NCBI RefSeq assembly: GCF_963921235.1
Contig: NC_086097.1
Location: 107,634,001 to 107,698,000, forward strand
Source: Mobula hypostoma
Taxonomy: Eukaryota
Direction of reading: 5' to 3'
Length of the DNA stretch: 64,000 nucleotides
A program made the position numbers and the translations under genes. The notes beneath the pieces are model-generated. The model searched no databases and was not told the DNA's origin. It saw nothing but the letters and a program-made list of their open reading frames with translations. Positions 12,001 to 23,291 of the stretch are shown piece by piece; the first letter of the stretch is position 1; each line of letters starts with the position of its first letter.

Positions 12001-14786
12001 CCGGAGACCTGAGGCGAGGCCGGTGGCCGGAGGCCGGAGACCTGAGGTGAGGCCGGTGGCCGGAGGCCGGAGACATGAGGCCGGAGACTTGAGGCCGGAG
12101 GCCGGAGACCTGAGGCGAGGCCCGAGGCCGGAGGCCAGAGGCGAGGCCCGAGGCCGGAGGCCCGAGGCGAGGCCGGAGGCCGGAGACCTGAGGCTAGAGA
12201 CCGGAGACTGGAGACCTGAGGCCAGAGGCCGGAGACCTGATGCCAGAGGCCGGAGACCTGTGACCAGAGGCTGGAGACCTGAGGCCAGAGGCCAAAGGTT
12301 GCAGCCCTGAGGCCAGAGGCTGGAGACCTGAGACCAGAGGCCGGAGACCTGAGGCGAGGCCCGAGGCCGGAGACCGGAGACCAGAGGCCAGAGGCCGGAC
12401 ACCTGAGGCCGGAGACCTGAGGCCGGTGTCCTGAGGTGAGGCCGGAGGCCAGAGACCTGAGGCGAGGCCGGAGACTTGAGGCGAAGCTGGAGGCCGGAGG
12501 CCGGAGACTTGAGGCCAGGCCAGAGGCCGGAGACCTGAGGCCAGGCCCGAGGCCGGAGACCCGAGGCGAGGCCGGAGACCTGAGACGATGCCGGAGGCCG
12601 GAGACCTAAGGCCAGAGGCCAGAGGCCTGAGACCTGAGGCTGGTGACCTGAGGCGATGCCGGAGGCCGGAGACTTGAGGCGACGCCGGAGGCCGGAGACT
12701 TGAGGTGAGCCGGTGGCCGGAGGCCGGAGACTTGAGGCAAGGCCGGAGGCCGGAGGCCGGAGACCTGAGGCGAGGCCGGTGGCCGGAGGCCGGAGACCTG
12801 AGGCGAGGCCGGTGGCCGGAGGCCGGAGACCTGAGGTGAGGCCGGTGGCCGGAGGCCGGAGACATGAGGCCGGAGACTTGAGGCCGGAGGCCGGAGACCT
12901 GAGGCGAGGCCCGAGGCCGGAGGCCAGAGGCGAGGCCCGAGGCCGGAGGCCAGAGGCGAGGCCTGAGACCGGAGACCTGAGGCCGGAGACCTGAGGCGAG
13001 GCCGGTGGCCGGAGACCTGAGGCGAGGCCCGAGGCCGGAGGCCGGAGACCTGAGGCGAGGCCCGAGGCCGGAGGCCGGAGGCCTGAGGCGAGGCCCGAGG
13101 CCGGAGACCTGAGCCGAGGCCCGAGGCCGGAGGCCAGAGGCGAGGCCCGAGGCCGGAGACCTGAGGCCGGAGGCTGGAGACCTGAGGCGAGGCCGGTGGC
13201 CGGTGGCCGGAGACCTGAGGCGAGTCCGGTGGCCGGAGACCTGAGGTGAGGCCGGTGGCCGGAGGCCGGAGACCTGAGGCGAGGATGGTGGCCGGAGGCC
13301 GGAGACCTGAGGCGAGGCTGGTGGCCGGAGGCCGGAGACCTGAGGCCGGAGACCTGAGGCGAAGCTGGAGGCCAGAGGCCGGAGACTTGAGGCGAGGCTG
13401 GAGGCCGGAGTCCTGAGGCGAAGCTGGAGGCTGGAGGCCAGAGACTTGAGGCCAGGCCCGAGGCCGGAGACCCGAGGCCAGGCCCGAGGCCGGAGACCCG
13501 AGGCGAGGCCAGAGGCCGGAGACCCGAGGCGAGGCCGGAGACCTGAGACGATGCCGGAGGCCGGAGACCTAAGGCCAGAGGCCAGAGGCCTGAGACCTGA
13601 GGCTGGTGACCTGAGGCGATGCCGGAGGCCGGAGACTTGAGGCGACGCCGGAGGCCGGAGACTTGAGGTGAGCCGGTGGCCGGAGGCCGGAGACTTGAGG
13701 CAAGGCCGGAGGCCGGAGGCCGGAGACCTGAGGCGAGGCCGGTGGCCGGAGGCCGGAGACCTGAGGCGAGGCCGGTGGCCGGAGGCCGGAGACCTGAGGT
13801 GAGGCCGGTGGCCGGAGGCCGGAGACATGAGGCCGGAGACTTGAGGCCGGAGGCCGGAGACCTGAGGCGAGGCCCGAGGCCGGAGGCCAGAGGCGAGGCC
13901 CGAGGCCGGAGGCCAGAGGCGAGGCCTGAGACCGGAGACCTGAGGCCGGAGACCTGAGGCGAGGCCGGTGGCCGGAGACCTGAGGCGAGGCCCGAGGCCG
14001 GAGGCCGGAGACCTGAGGCGAGGCCCGAGGCCGGAGGCCGGAGGCCTGAGGCGAGGCCCGAGGCCGGAGACCTGAGCCGAGGCCCGAGGCCGGAGGCCAG
14101 AGGCGAGGCCCGAGGCCGGAGACCTGAGGCCGGAGGCTGGAGACCTGAGGCGAGGCCGGTGGCCGGTGGCCGGAGACCTGAGGCGAGTCCGGTGGCCGGA
14201 GACCTGAGGTGAGGCCGGTGGCCGGAGGCCGGAGACCTGAGGCGAGGATGGTGGCCGGAGGCCGGAGACCTGAGGCGAGGCTGGTGGCCGGAGGCCGGAG
14301 ACCTGAGGCGAAGCTGGAGGCCAGAGGCCGGAGACTTGAGGCGAGGCTGGAGGCCGGAGTCCTGAGGCGAAGCTGGAGGCTGGAGGCCAGAGACTTGAGG
14401 CGAGGCTGGAGGCTGGAGGCCGGATACTTGAGGCGAGGCCGGAGGCTGGAGGTGAAGCTGTTGGCTGGAGGCCGGAGACTTGAGGGGAGGCCGGAGGCCG
14501 GAGACCTGAGGCGAGGCCCGAGGCCAGAGGCCGGAGACCTGAGGCCGGAGACCGGAGACTTGAGGCGAGGCCGGTGGCCGGAGACCTGAGGCCAGAGGCC
14601 GGAGACTTGAGGCGAGGCTGGAGGCCGGAGACCTGAGGCGAAGCTGGAGGCTGGAGGCCAGAGACTTGAGGCGAGGCTGGAGGCCGGAGACTTGAGGCGA
14701 GGCCGGAGGCTGGAGGTGAAGCTGTTGGCTGGAGGCCGGAGACTTGAGGCGAGGCCGGAGGCTGGAGACTTGAGGCAAGGCGAGGC
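1..14786. repeat. GC-rich tandem satellite of 7-bp (GAGGCCG, GAGACCT, GAGGCCA, GAGACCC, GAGACTT) and 5-bp (GAGGC) units with higher-order duplications; runs off the left window edge
   Basis: Units directly visible throughout. Rare marker motifs recur at fixed spacing, e.g. AGGCCAACCC at 2341/3571 and CCAAAGGTTGCAGCCC at 9321/10155/11458/12292. Confidence 0.97.
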
Positions 14787-15260
14787 AGGCTCCTCCTGGG
14801 CAGGGCACGGATCACCACCTGACAGAAGCAAGGGACAGGAAGGGACAGAACCAACCCCATGTAACGGCAAGACGGCCTGGCTTACCTGGGCAGAGGCAAG
14901 GGACAGAAAGGGAGCTAGGTACAGGGTGGCTCCAGGACCAGACAGCAAGACAAGGCAAGGCTACAGGCAAAGCAAGGCAAGACAAGAACTTCAGGCGAGG
15001 CGAGAGTTACTGGCAAGTCAAGGCAGGGCTTCAGGCGAGGAAACAGAAGGCAGGGGAAGGGATACAAGGAGTAAGGACAAGAACCATCTAGCAACCACAC
15101 CCTGGTCTCTGGAGGTATTTCTGCAGCCCGCCCCAACGAGCATCAGCTGCCTCAATTAGCTCAACAAGGACAGAAACAGGGTAAATAGGAAAACTTGGAG
15201 CAAGGGTCAATGGACAGGACCGTGATCCGGAATACGGACTTCACGGACCAGACTATGACA
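14787..15260 (-). mobile_element. Non-satellite outer part of a probable Gypsy-type LTR whose interior is the satellite
   Basis: Minus strand starts TGTCATAGTCTGG exactly where the hAT transposase is cut (15260/15261). Contains a GC box, CAGCTG and a TATA-like GAAATACC. CAAGG/CAAGA pentamers and TTCAGGCGAGG motifs grade into the satellite units. Confidence 0.6.
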
Positions 15261-15727
15261 GCTAATTCCTCAATGACCTGCTTCAAAACATTAAAAGAAA
15301 TATCAACTATTCTGGAATGTATCACATTATTTGATAAGGGATCAGCTTTCAGTTTTTTCCTCTGTTCCAGCCCACAAACTGGCTTGACCATTTCCAATGT
15401 ACATGGCTTTACAAAAGTCTCTCCAATAGTGGGTGCTTCTTTCCTTCGATAATCTTGAAAGCAACTTTATAGGATGCTTCAAGAAAAAGTTTTTATGAAA
15501 TGGCAAATACAATTTTAGGAGTGGCCCTCTTTTCTCACATGAAAAAAATACATCTTAGATACTTTTTCAAGATGTATAGATGTGAGGTGCTCTTTCAGTT
15601 TTGATGGCTTCATACTTCGGTTCACAAGAATTTTTCCACACAAAAATACTGTGGCTTTTGCATCCTGTCACGTCCAAGTGCAACTGTATAATACAATCTT
15701 TTCATCATACTTCGGTTTCCTGGACAT
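15261..15727 (-). pseudogene. Degraded Buster/Charlie-type transposase N-terminus (BED finger region and start of core)
   Basis: MSRKPKYDE...LCGKILVNRSMKPSKLKEHLTSIH...TIGETFVKPCTLEMVKPVCGLEQRKKLKADPLSNNVIHSRIVDIS, with stops/frameshifts. Acceptor-like TTTTCTGCAG just before the ATG. Confidence 0.85.
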
Positions 15728-16570
15728 TACAGCTTAAATTGGGTCTGCAGAAAATATAAAATAAAGCTAAAATAAAATACTTGATTCAATTGACATTTTT
15801 AAAAACAATATTTTTGTATGGTTCTAAGTAATTTGTTTGAGAAATCTGCAAATAAAAAATCTGTATGTTAACTAAATGAAGTGAAATTCAAGAAATTTGT
15901 ATGCCAGGTAAGTAAAATAAGTCATTCAAAGTTTTAACACTTTTAATGGCTTTTAGATACTCAGATAGACATAAGGATTAGCTCAAGTGTTGTGTCCTTC
16001 CGAGAATTAGGCTATTGTTGCACATGGAGTCATGTGGTATTACAAAAGACTGCACAGCCATACGAAGAGAATTCATTTGAACTGACCAGTATTGCAAAAC
16101 TTTTAATAAACAGTAAAAATGATTCACCTCCCTGTATGCATCGATCAACGACCAATTATAGACAGGGACTAATGGAGAGCAACGTAAACACAGCTTCACC
16201 GTTTGGTGGCTGAGCAGGTGTGCCCAATAATAGACCAGACAGGAAGACTGCAATCACCTTCGATCTAGTAGTGTGTCTAATAACTACCATAACTTTGAAG
16301 CAGTGATGAGCATACCTTAAATAATATTTTGAGATATTTGTAACAACTGTAACGTGATATGAAAATATCTGTGATTTCTGTTGGAGACAGTCACAGGTAC
16401 TGCTAATACTACTGTGGTGTATTGCCTACATTCATAATTGAAGAAAATGCTAAACTTCAGTTACAAGTAAGTGAAAAAAATGTAAATTGTTTTCCATCCA
16501 AAGTCACAGATACCTGGAATCTATCCACGGATGCCTAAGGTGTCCATTGACCCTAGGTTCAGAACCACTG
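15261..16570 (-). mobile_element. hAT DNA transposon (Charlie/Buster group), 5' half, interrupted at 15260
   Basis: Minus-strand terminus CAGTGGTTCTGAACCT at 16570. Flank CTCTAAGG fits the nnnTAnnn 8-bp target typical of Buster/Charlie. Transposase remnant lies downstream. Confidence 0.85.
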
Positions 16571-17954
16571 CTCTAAGGAAATGTCTGATCAAGATGCCTG
16601 CTACTTTCCAAATCTTATAAGGAGCCCATAGAAACAACATGCTGCAATTTGTTTAGGCCTTATTGGTCTCACCTGGTAAGTTAATCAAAATACTTTGACT
16701 TTTGATAAGTTTTGATTAGTTTTCATAAACAAAGAAATAAAATTGAGATCTGATTGCAGGTGTCTATAAACTTCTAGAAAAGACTTGTAGCTTCCCGCTG
16801 GATCTTTACCCCTCTCCAGAATGTCATTACTGAACTGCTTGCTATGGGTCGGGAGTACCCTCTGTAATTCAAAGTTTCTTCATCACGAGCTCCGCAATTA
16901 ATTTATGAATGTCTTTAAATAAAATCACAACCACCTAAACAGACTTCTGTACTCATGTTCCAGCAATCTGTTTTAAGGGTGTTCTATGAGAGAAAGAACA
17001 TCCCTTTTACTTTATTTCAGTTCCGAGGATGCAGGAACATTATGTTCATCAAATGCCTCTTTTGTTCATTAAATTGGATTATAAAAAAATTGGCGAAACA
17101 AAGCACTGCATGTCTGCCTGCTTCTCTGTGATTATAGCCAGATGGGAAGACTGGAGAACAGAGTATATTCAATGACAGGATGATGCCATTCACGCTGCTA
17201 TTTGTTGCCAAATGTTTAAAATGATGTTTCTAACTCTGAACATTGCAGATATCTTAATGTCAAATGAGTTTTGAAAGATAAAACAATTCACTGGGACTTT
17301 TGCAAAGATTCATATTTAAATTATGGTAACATGTGGGAGGAAAAGCGATTTATTGATGGCTGTGTGCAATACGTCTCTGTGAGTTCATAGTCATTGGTGG
17401 AGAAGCATTCAGGGTACTCACACAGGGAACATGGCAAGCTCCAAGGACATGTCTTCTCTCTTCAAGGTTCTTCTCCGAGTGCAAATGCACACAACAGGAG
17501 GCACAGCATTCAGGACATAATGCTGGCATAGTCACACATACCGCACTGCTTTCCCATTTGAAGAAAAAGGTGAAACATTTATGAATTTGCAAGTTTAACT
17601 TTTTAACTGGATTTCAAATTCTTCATAGTCATGTTGTTTCTTGCTTTTGTTGATTATAAGATTGTGTTCATCTCTGGACTCACTAAAAATGTCATGCAGT
17701 GCCCGTTCTTTTTAACATTTTTTGTCAATTGTTCATTGATATCAGGACTCATTTCATGCATTATTTCAAATTCACTCTTCACAATTCTCTGAAGTATTTT
17801 GCTCTGAGATCATGAATGTTTCTGAATCGCTTGTCTATACATCCAAAATATTTCTTAGATATGTACCTCCACAATCTCTCCAATGTTCCATTTTCCCAAC
17901 TCTGACCTGCCTGCTTCATGTAATCTGAATATATTTTAGCTTTAAACTGAGATT

Positions 17955-18382
17955 TAAGCACCAGGCCAAATCGGAAAGGTTGGGTCAATCAGGAAGGCGG
18001 GGTCCAGGCCCAGAGTGTATCGATGCAATGTTTGGAGCCCCAATATTTAGATGTCGATTGAAAAGGTAAGGGTGTTGGGGCCCGAGGTGAAGGAAGGGTC
18101 AGTTCATCTCGTTGCTCCCCGACAGGTACTCGACTCTGTGCTGAACTATGGATCTCGGACTCTCTTGGTGGATTTCTATTCAGAACGCTATTTGCTTCTG
18201 GTTATTGCTTGCACTATTTGTCTTTTTTACTCTCTCCGAAAATTGGGTGTTCAACGGTCTTTTTTTTATGGGTTATTTTGAGGCTTCTTTGTTTTGTGGC
18301 TGCCTTTTAGGAGACAAATCTCAGGGTTGTATAATGTATCCATACTTGGATAATAAATGTACTTTGAATCTTCAACTTTGAA
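17955..18382 (+). mobile_element. Short non-autonomous retroposon (SINE-like) with AATAAA and (TTTGAA)-type tail
   Basis: 3' end GACAAATCTCAGGGTTGTA...AATAAATGTACTTTGAATCTT is shared with copies at ~19801-19870 (minus), ~27650-27696 and ~31576-31650 (minus). Confidence 0.6.
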
Positions 18383-18454
18383 TTTTGCTATAGTTTGCTT
18401 TGTTTCAGCTGCCTTTACTCCACCTTCCCTTCTTCTACAGCTGGACTTGATTCA

Positions 18455-19030
18455 GACTAGAACGTAAAAGCAAGAATGTAATGTTAAAACTTCATGAGGC
18501 ACTGGTGAGGCCTTATCTGGAATATTGTGAGCAGTTTTGGTCCCCTTATCTAAGAAAGGATGTACTGATACTGGAGAAGGTTCAAAGAAGATTCACAAAA
18601 ATGATTCTGAGATTGAAAAGCTTATCATATGAGGAGCATCTGATGACTCTGTGCCTCTATTCACAGGAATTCAGAAGAATGAGGGGTGACCTCATTGAAA
18701 CCTATCGAATAATGAAAGGCTTCAATAGAGTGAATGTGGAGAGGATATTTCTTGTGGTGGGGGAGCCTAAGATCAGAGGATACATTGTCAGAATAGAGAG
18801 ACATTGTTTTAGAATGGAGATGAGGAGGTATGTCTTTAGCCAGAAAGTGGCAAATCTCTGGAATTCATTGCCACCAGTGGCTGTGCAAGTCATTAAGACA
18901 GAAGTTGATAAATTTTTGATTAGTCAGGGCACAAAGGAATACAGGGAGAAGGCAGGAGATTGTGGCTGAGTGGGTATATGGATCAGCAGACTCAATGCAG
19001 CAAAAAGCCTAATTCTGTTCCTATATCTTC
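18455..19030 (+). mobile_element. CR1 LINE 3' fragment (older copy)
   Basis: ORF 18481-18969 LVRPYLEYCEQFWSPYLRKD...RRMRGDLIETY...NLWNSLP matches the CR1 ORF2 C-terminus; 3' UTR ends CCTAATTCTGTTCCTATATCTT. Confidence 0.9.
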
Positions 19031-19926
19031 AGTCCAGAGTCTTCTGCAGGAAAGTATCCTATCAAGGAGTGCAGTGCCCATCAGCAGCTCAGAAAAAGAT
19101 GTGTGAGTTGATTCTTCACAGTAAAGCCTGATCTTCCTTGCAAAGCTCTTTTATTTAACATGCCAATCTTTTGAGTTGTCTCTTTGAGGCTGCATTATAA
19201 AGAGACATGAAGCTATGTATGATCCTCGTTTGTTTCCCACACTGTCCAAATTACAGACCATTATCCAATGCAGTTTCCTCGGGAATGAGTGGTGGGAAGG
19301 GTGGGAAAAGGGCTTGTTCTGCTCAGCATTGTGGTCAACCCATTGTGGCGACACTTACAGGCTGCTCCCAGCACATCTGTGGCTGTGTTGTTTGTTAACA
19401 TAAATGACACATTTTACTGTATGTTTCAAAGTACATGTGATAAATAATTTCAATCTGAAGTGAATTTGAGTTCTTCTATCGTGCACTCGGACATGACACA
19501 TGACCCCACACTCTTTACCTCAATCCTGTTTATTAACATGAAGAAGTTGCTGTGGTAATCTTTTGCTGTGAGGTCAGTTTAAAACTGGAGGGACCTTGCA
19601 TTTTGTGCTATTGTTATCAATGGCCTTAAGTGAAGAATGCAAAAATGAAAATGATTTTGTGCACAGATCTCCACATTTTAACTGAGGGATTTTGAGTGAT
19701 GTTTATACTTATATTTAAATATATTGAACAATGCCAATACGATAACTAGAGATGACAATGAAAGAAGATTAACCACGATTATGAGATCCTGTATGATATT
19801 TCAAAGATTCAAAGTACATTTATTATCAAAGTATGAATGCAGTATACAACCCTGAGATTCGTCTTCCTGCAGACAGCCATGAAACCTGTTCAAAGAAAAA
19901 CATCAGGCCCCCATTGCACAAAAAAA

Positions 19927-20708
19927 GAACATAGAAACATAGAAACATAGAAAATAGGTGCAGGAGTAGGCCATTCGGCCTTTCGAGCCTGCACCGCCAT
20001 TTATTATGATCATGGCTGATCATCCAACTAAGAACCCAGCCTTCCCTCCATACCCCCTGACCCCTGTAGCCACAAGGGCCATATCTAACTCCCTCTTAAA
20101 CATAGCCAATGAACTGGCCTCAACAGTTTGCTGTGGCAGAGAATTCCACAGATTCACCACTCTCTGTGTGAAGAAGTTTTTCCTAATCTCGGTCCTAAAA
20201 GGCTTCCCCTCTATCCTCAAACTGTGACCCCTCGTTCTGGACCTCCCCAACATCGGGAACAATCTTCCCGCATCTAGCCTGTCCAATCCCTTTAGGATCT
20301 TATACGTTTCAATCAGATCCCCCCTCAATCTTCTAAATTCCAACGAGTACAAGCCCAGTTCATCCAGTCTTTCTTCATATGAAAGACCTGCCATCCCAGG
20401 AATCAATCTGGTGAACCTTCTTTGTACTCCCTCTATGGCAAGGATGTCTTTCCTCAGAATAGGAGACCAAAACTGCACACAATACTCCAGGTGTGGTCTC
20501 ACCATGGCCTTGTACAACTGCAGTAGTACCTCCCTGCTCCTGTACTCGAATCCTCTCGCTATAAATGCCAGCATACCATTCGCCTTTTTCACCGCCTGCT
20601 GTACCTGCATGCCCACTTTCAATGACTGGTGTATAATGACACCCAGGTCTCGTTGCACCTCCCCTTTTCCTAATCGGCCACCATTCAGATAATAATCTGT
20701 TTTCCTAT
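19927..20708 (-). mobile_element. Young 5'-truncated CR1 LINE inserted into a SINE-like element
   Basis: (TTTCTATG)n tail; nearly identical to 43790-44572; host element resumes at ~20709. Confidence 0.95.
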
Positions 20709-20769
20709 CATGCAAACAGAAAAAAAAATGAAAAACACAGAATATAAAACACCAAACCACAAATCATTG

Positions 20770-21244
20770 TAATGGTCCAGGAATGAAAGGGTTACCGTAT
20801 GAGGAACGTCTGGCAGCTCTTGAGCTGTATTCCCTGGAGTTCAGGAGAATGAGGGGGGAACCTCATAGAAACATTCCAAATGTTAAAAGGCCTGAACAGA
20901 TTAGATATGGCAAAGTTACTTCCCATGGTAGGGGAGTCTAGGACAAGAGGGCATGTCTTCAAGATTGAAGGACGTCCATTTAGAACAGAGATGCAGAGAA
21001 ATTAGTCAGAGGGTGGTAAATCCGTGGAATTTGTTGCCACAAGTGGCTGTGGAGATCAAGTCATTGGGTGCATTTAAGGTAGAGATAGATAGGTTCTTGA
21101 TTAGCCAGGGCATCAAAGGGTATGGGGAGAAGGCAGGGGAGTGGGGACGACTGGAAGAATTGGATCAGCCATGATTGAATGGCAGAGCAGACTCAATGAG
21201 CCAGGTGGCCTACTTCTGCTCCTATATCTTATGGTCTTATGGTC
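20770..21244 (+). mobile_element. CR1 LINE 3' fragment, different subfamily
   Basis: PGMKGLPYEERLAALELYSLEFRRMRG...QRVVNPWNLLP...GYGEKAG; (TCTTATGG)n tail. Confidence 0.9.
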
Positions 21245-21269
21245 AGCTCAGTTCAGTTCAATCTATAAG

Positions 21270-22325
21270 CAATAGAAAATCTGCAGATGCTGGAAATCCA
21301 AGCAAAACATGCTAAATGCTGGTGGAACTCAGGTGGCTAAGCAGCATTTATGGAAAAAAGTACAGTTGACGTTTTGGGCTGAGACCCTTCGGCAGGACTG
21401 GCGAGAAAAAGATGAGGAGTAAATTTAAAAGGTGGGGGGAGGGGGAGAGCGAAACATTAGGTGATAGGTGGAGAAGAGATAAAATCAAAAGCTGGGAAGT
21501 TGATTGGTGAAAAAGATATAAGGCTGGAGAAGGAGGAGTCCAATAGGAGAGTGCAGAAGGCCATGGAAGAAAGACAAGGGGGGGGGGAAGAGGGAAAAGG
21601 AGATGGAGAATGGTGAAGGGGGGTGGGGGGTTTAGTCATTACCAGAAGTTTAAAAAAACAATGTTCATGCCATCAGTTTGGAAGCTACCTAGATAGAATA
21701 TAAGGTGTTGATCCTCCACCCAGATGGAATATAAGATGTTGATCCTCCAACTTGAGTGTGGCCTCATTGCGACAGTAGAGGAGGCCATGGATTGACATAT
21801 TGGAATGGGACTGGGAAGTGGAATTAAAATGGGTGGCCACTGGGAGAATCCACTTCTTCTATTGGAAGGAGCGTAGGTGCTTGGCAAAACAGTCTCCCAA
21901 TCTACGTTGGGTCTCACTGATATACAGGAAGTCACACTGGGAGCACCGGCTACAGTAGATGAACCCCAACAGGCTCACGGGTGAAGTGTCGCCTCACCTG
22001 GAAGGACTGTTTGGGGCCCTGAATGGTGGTGAGGGAGGAAGTGTTGGGGCAAGTGTAGCACTTATTCCGCTTGCAAGGATAAGTGCTGGGAGGGAGATCA
22101 ATGGGGAGGGACGAATGGACAAGGGAGTTGCGTAGGGGGCATTTATCCCTACGCCAGGGAGGGACAAAGTGAGCTTGGTGGTGGATCCCGTTGGAGATGA
22201 CGGAAGTTGCAGAGAATTACATGCTGGATACAGAGGCTGGTGGGGTGGTAGGTGCCCACCCTATCTCAGATAGGGTGGCGGGAGGATGGGGTAAGAGCAG
22301 ATGTGTGTGAAATGGAAGAGATGTG
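21270..22325 (-). mobile_element. Penelope-like element 3' part (GIY-YIG endonuclease remnant and pLTR with degraded hammerhead)
   Basis: Homologous to 31961-33200; EDQHLIFYLGSFQTDGMNI C-terminus; decayed HHR at 21362-21400. Confidence 0.85.
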
Positions 22326-22374
22326 ATTTGTGTGTGTTGTCAGTTCAATCTAGCTCTCTGTTGTTTGTTAACTT

Positions 22375-23045
22375 CAGACCACAAAGCCAAGCTGCCCTGA
22401 TCAAAAATTGCACAAAATAGCAACAAAAAAAAGGAGCAACCAGAAACCATAACCACATTGTAACATGAACTACAGATCCCAATCCACAAATTGTGTCGAT
22501 TAAACCCTGCCCAAGGTTCAGAACTCCATCACCATCCTCCGTCAGCATCAAGTGAGAAGGGGAGAAAGTCAATTTAGATGCAGGAACCTGCCTACAGGAG
22601 CAGCAGATGAGAGGGAGGGAGAGACTGTTACACACAAATACCTTCCTCCAGGAGCAGTGGATGAGACGGAGGGAGAGACCGTTACACACAGATGGGAGGA
22701 GCAGATGAGAGGGAGGGAGAGACCATTACACACAAACATGTTCCTCTGGGAGCAGCAAGAGAGGGGGAGAGAGAAACCAGTCACATACAGGTAGACGGCC
22801 CTGAGCATCCACTTGCCTTCCACTCTCATCCTCGATGTGTTCAATCTTCCTCGATGCTTTCAATCTTCCTCGATGCTTTAAATAGCAAGATCAGCAAGAA
22901 ATGGAGTCTATCATGGGCTCGCACACTGTCTCCAGGCTTCTTGGCCTCCAGGTCACACACTTTGCTTGAAACCTCACCGAACCCCCTCAGAGACAACAAA
23001 GTGCCAGATCAAAACACACCACCTAAATATAGATCACAGGTTCTT
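22375..23045 (-). mobile_element. SINE-like non-autonomous element with internal ~40-bp tandem repeats (GGAGCAG.AGATGAGAGGGAGGGAGAGAC.GTTACACAC)
   Basis: Reverse complement resembles 27360-27480; repeats visible at 22595-22790. Confidence 0.5.
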
Positions 23046-23291
23046 GGTTTATTTCTCAGATGCTCTGAGGCACAAAGGTTTATTAAGGTCAACTAAAAAT
23101 TTATTATTTTAACCTTTTTGGTTTCCATCACTTGTGCGTGACATAGCTCAAGTGAAAGAAACTGCAAATGGGACTTGAAATTCTTTCAATAAATCAGAGG
23201 ATTAGTGAATTGAACCTATGAAAGGTTCACTCTCCTTCCAGTCAAGATGGCACTGAGCTGTGCTCTCCTTCGAGATTTTGTTTCAGACCTA

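Noticed and set aside
1..14786. CRISPR array or telomeric repeat
   Set aside because: No unique spacers, no cas genes and no TTAGGG units.
190..14948. Very long minus-strand ORFs (1341, 2252, 1011, 1583 aa) as real genes
   Set aside because: They overlap in all three frames with the same peptides; 7- and 5-bp units shift frame freely and lack stops on that strand. No domain content.
17005..17200. Possible host exon after acceptor-like TTTATTTCAG
   Set aside because: No recognisable protein, no convincing donor, no partner exons.
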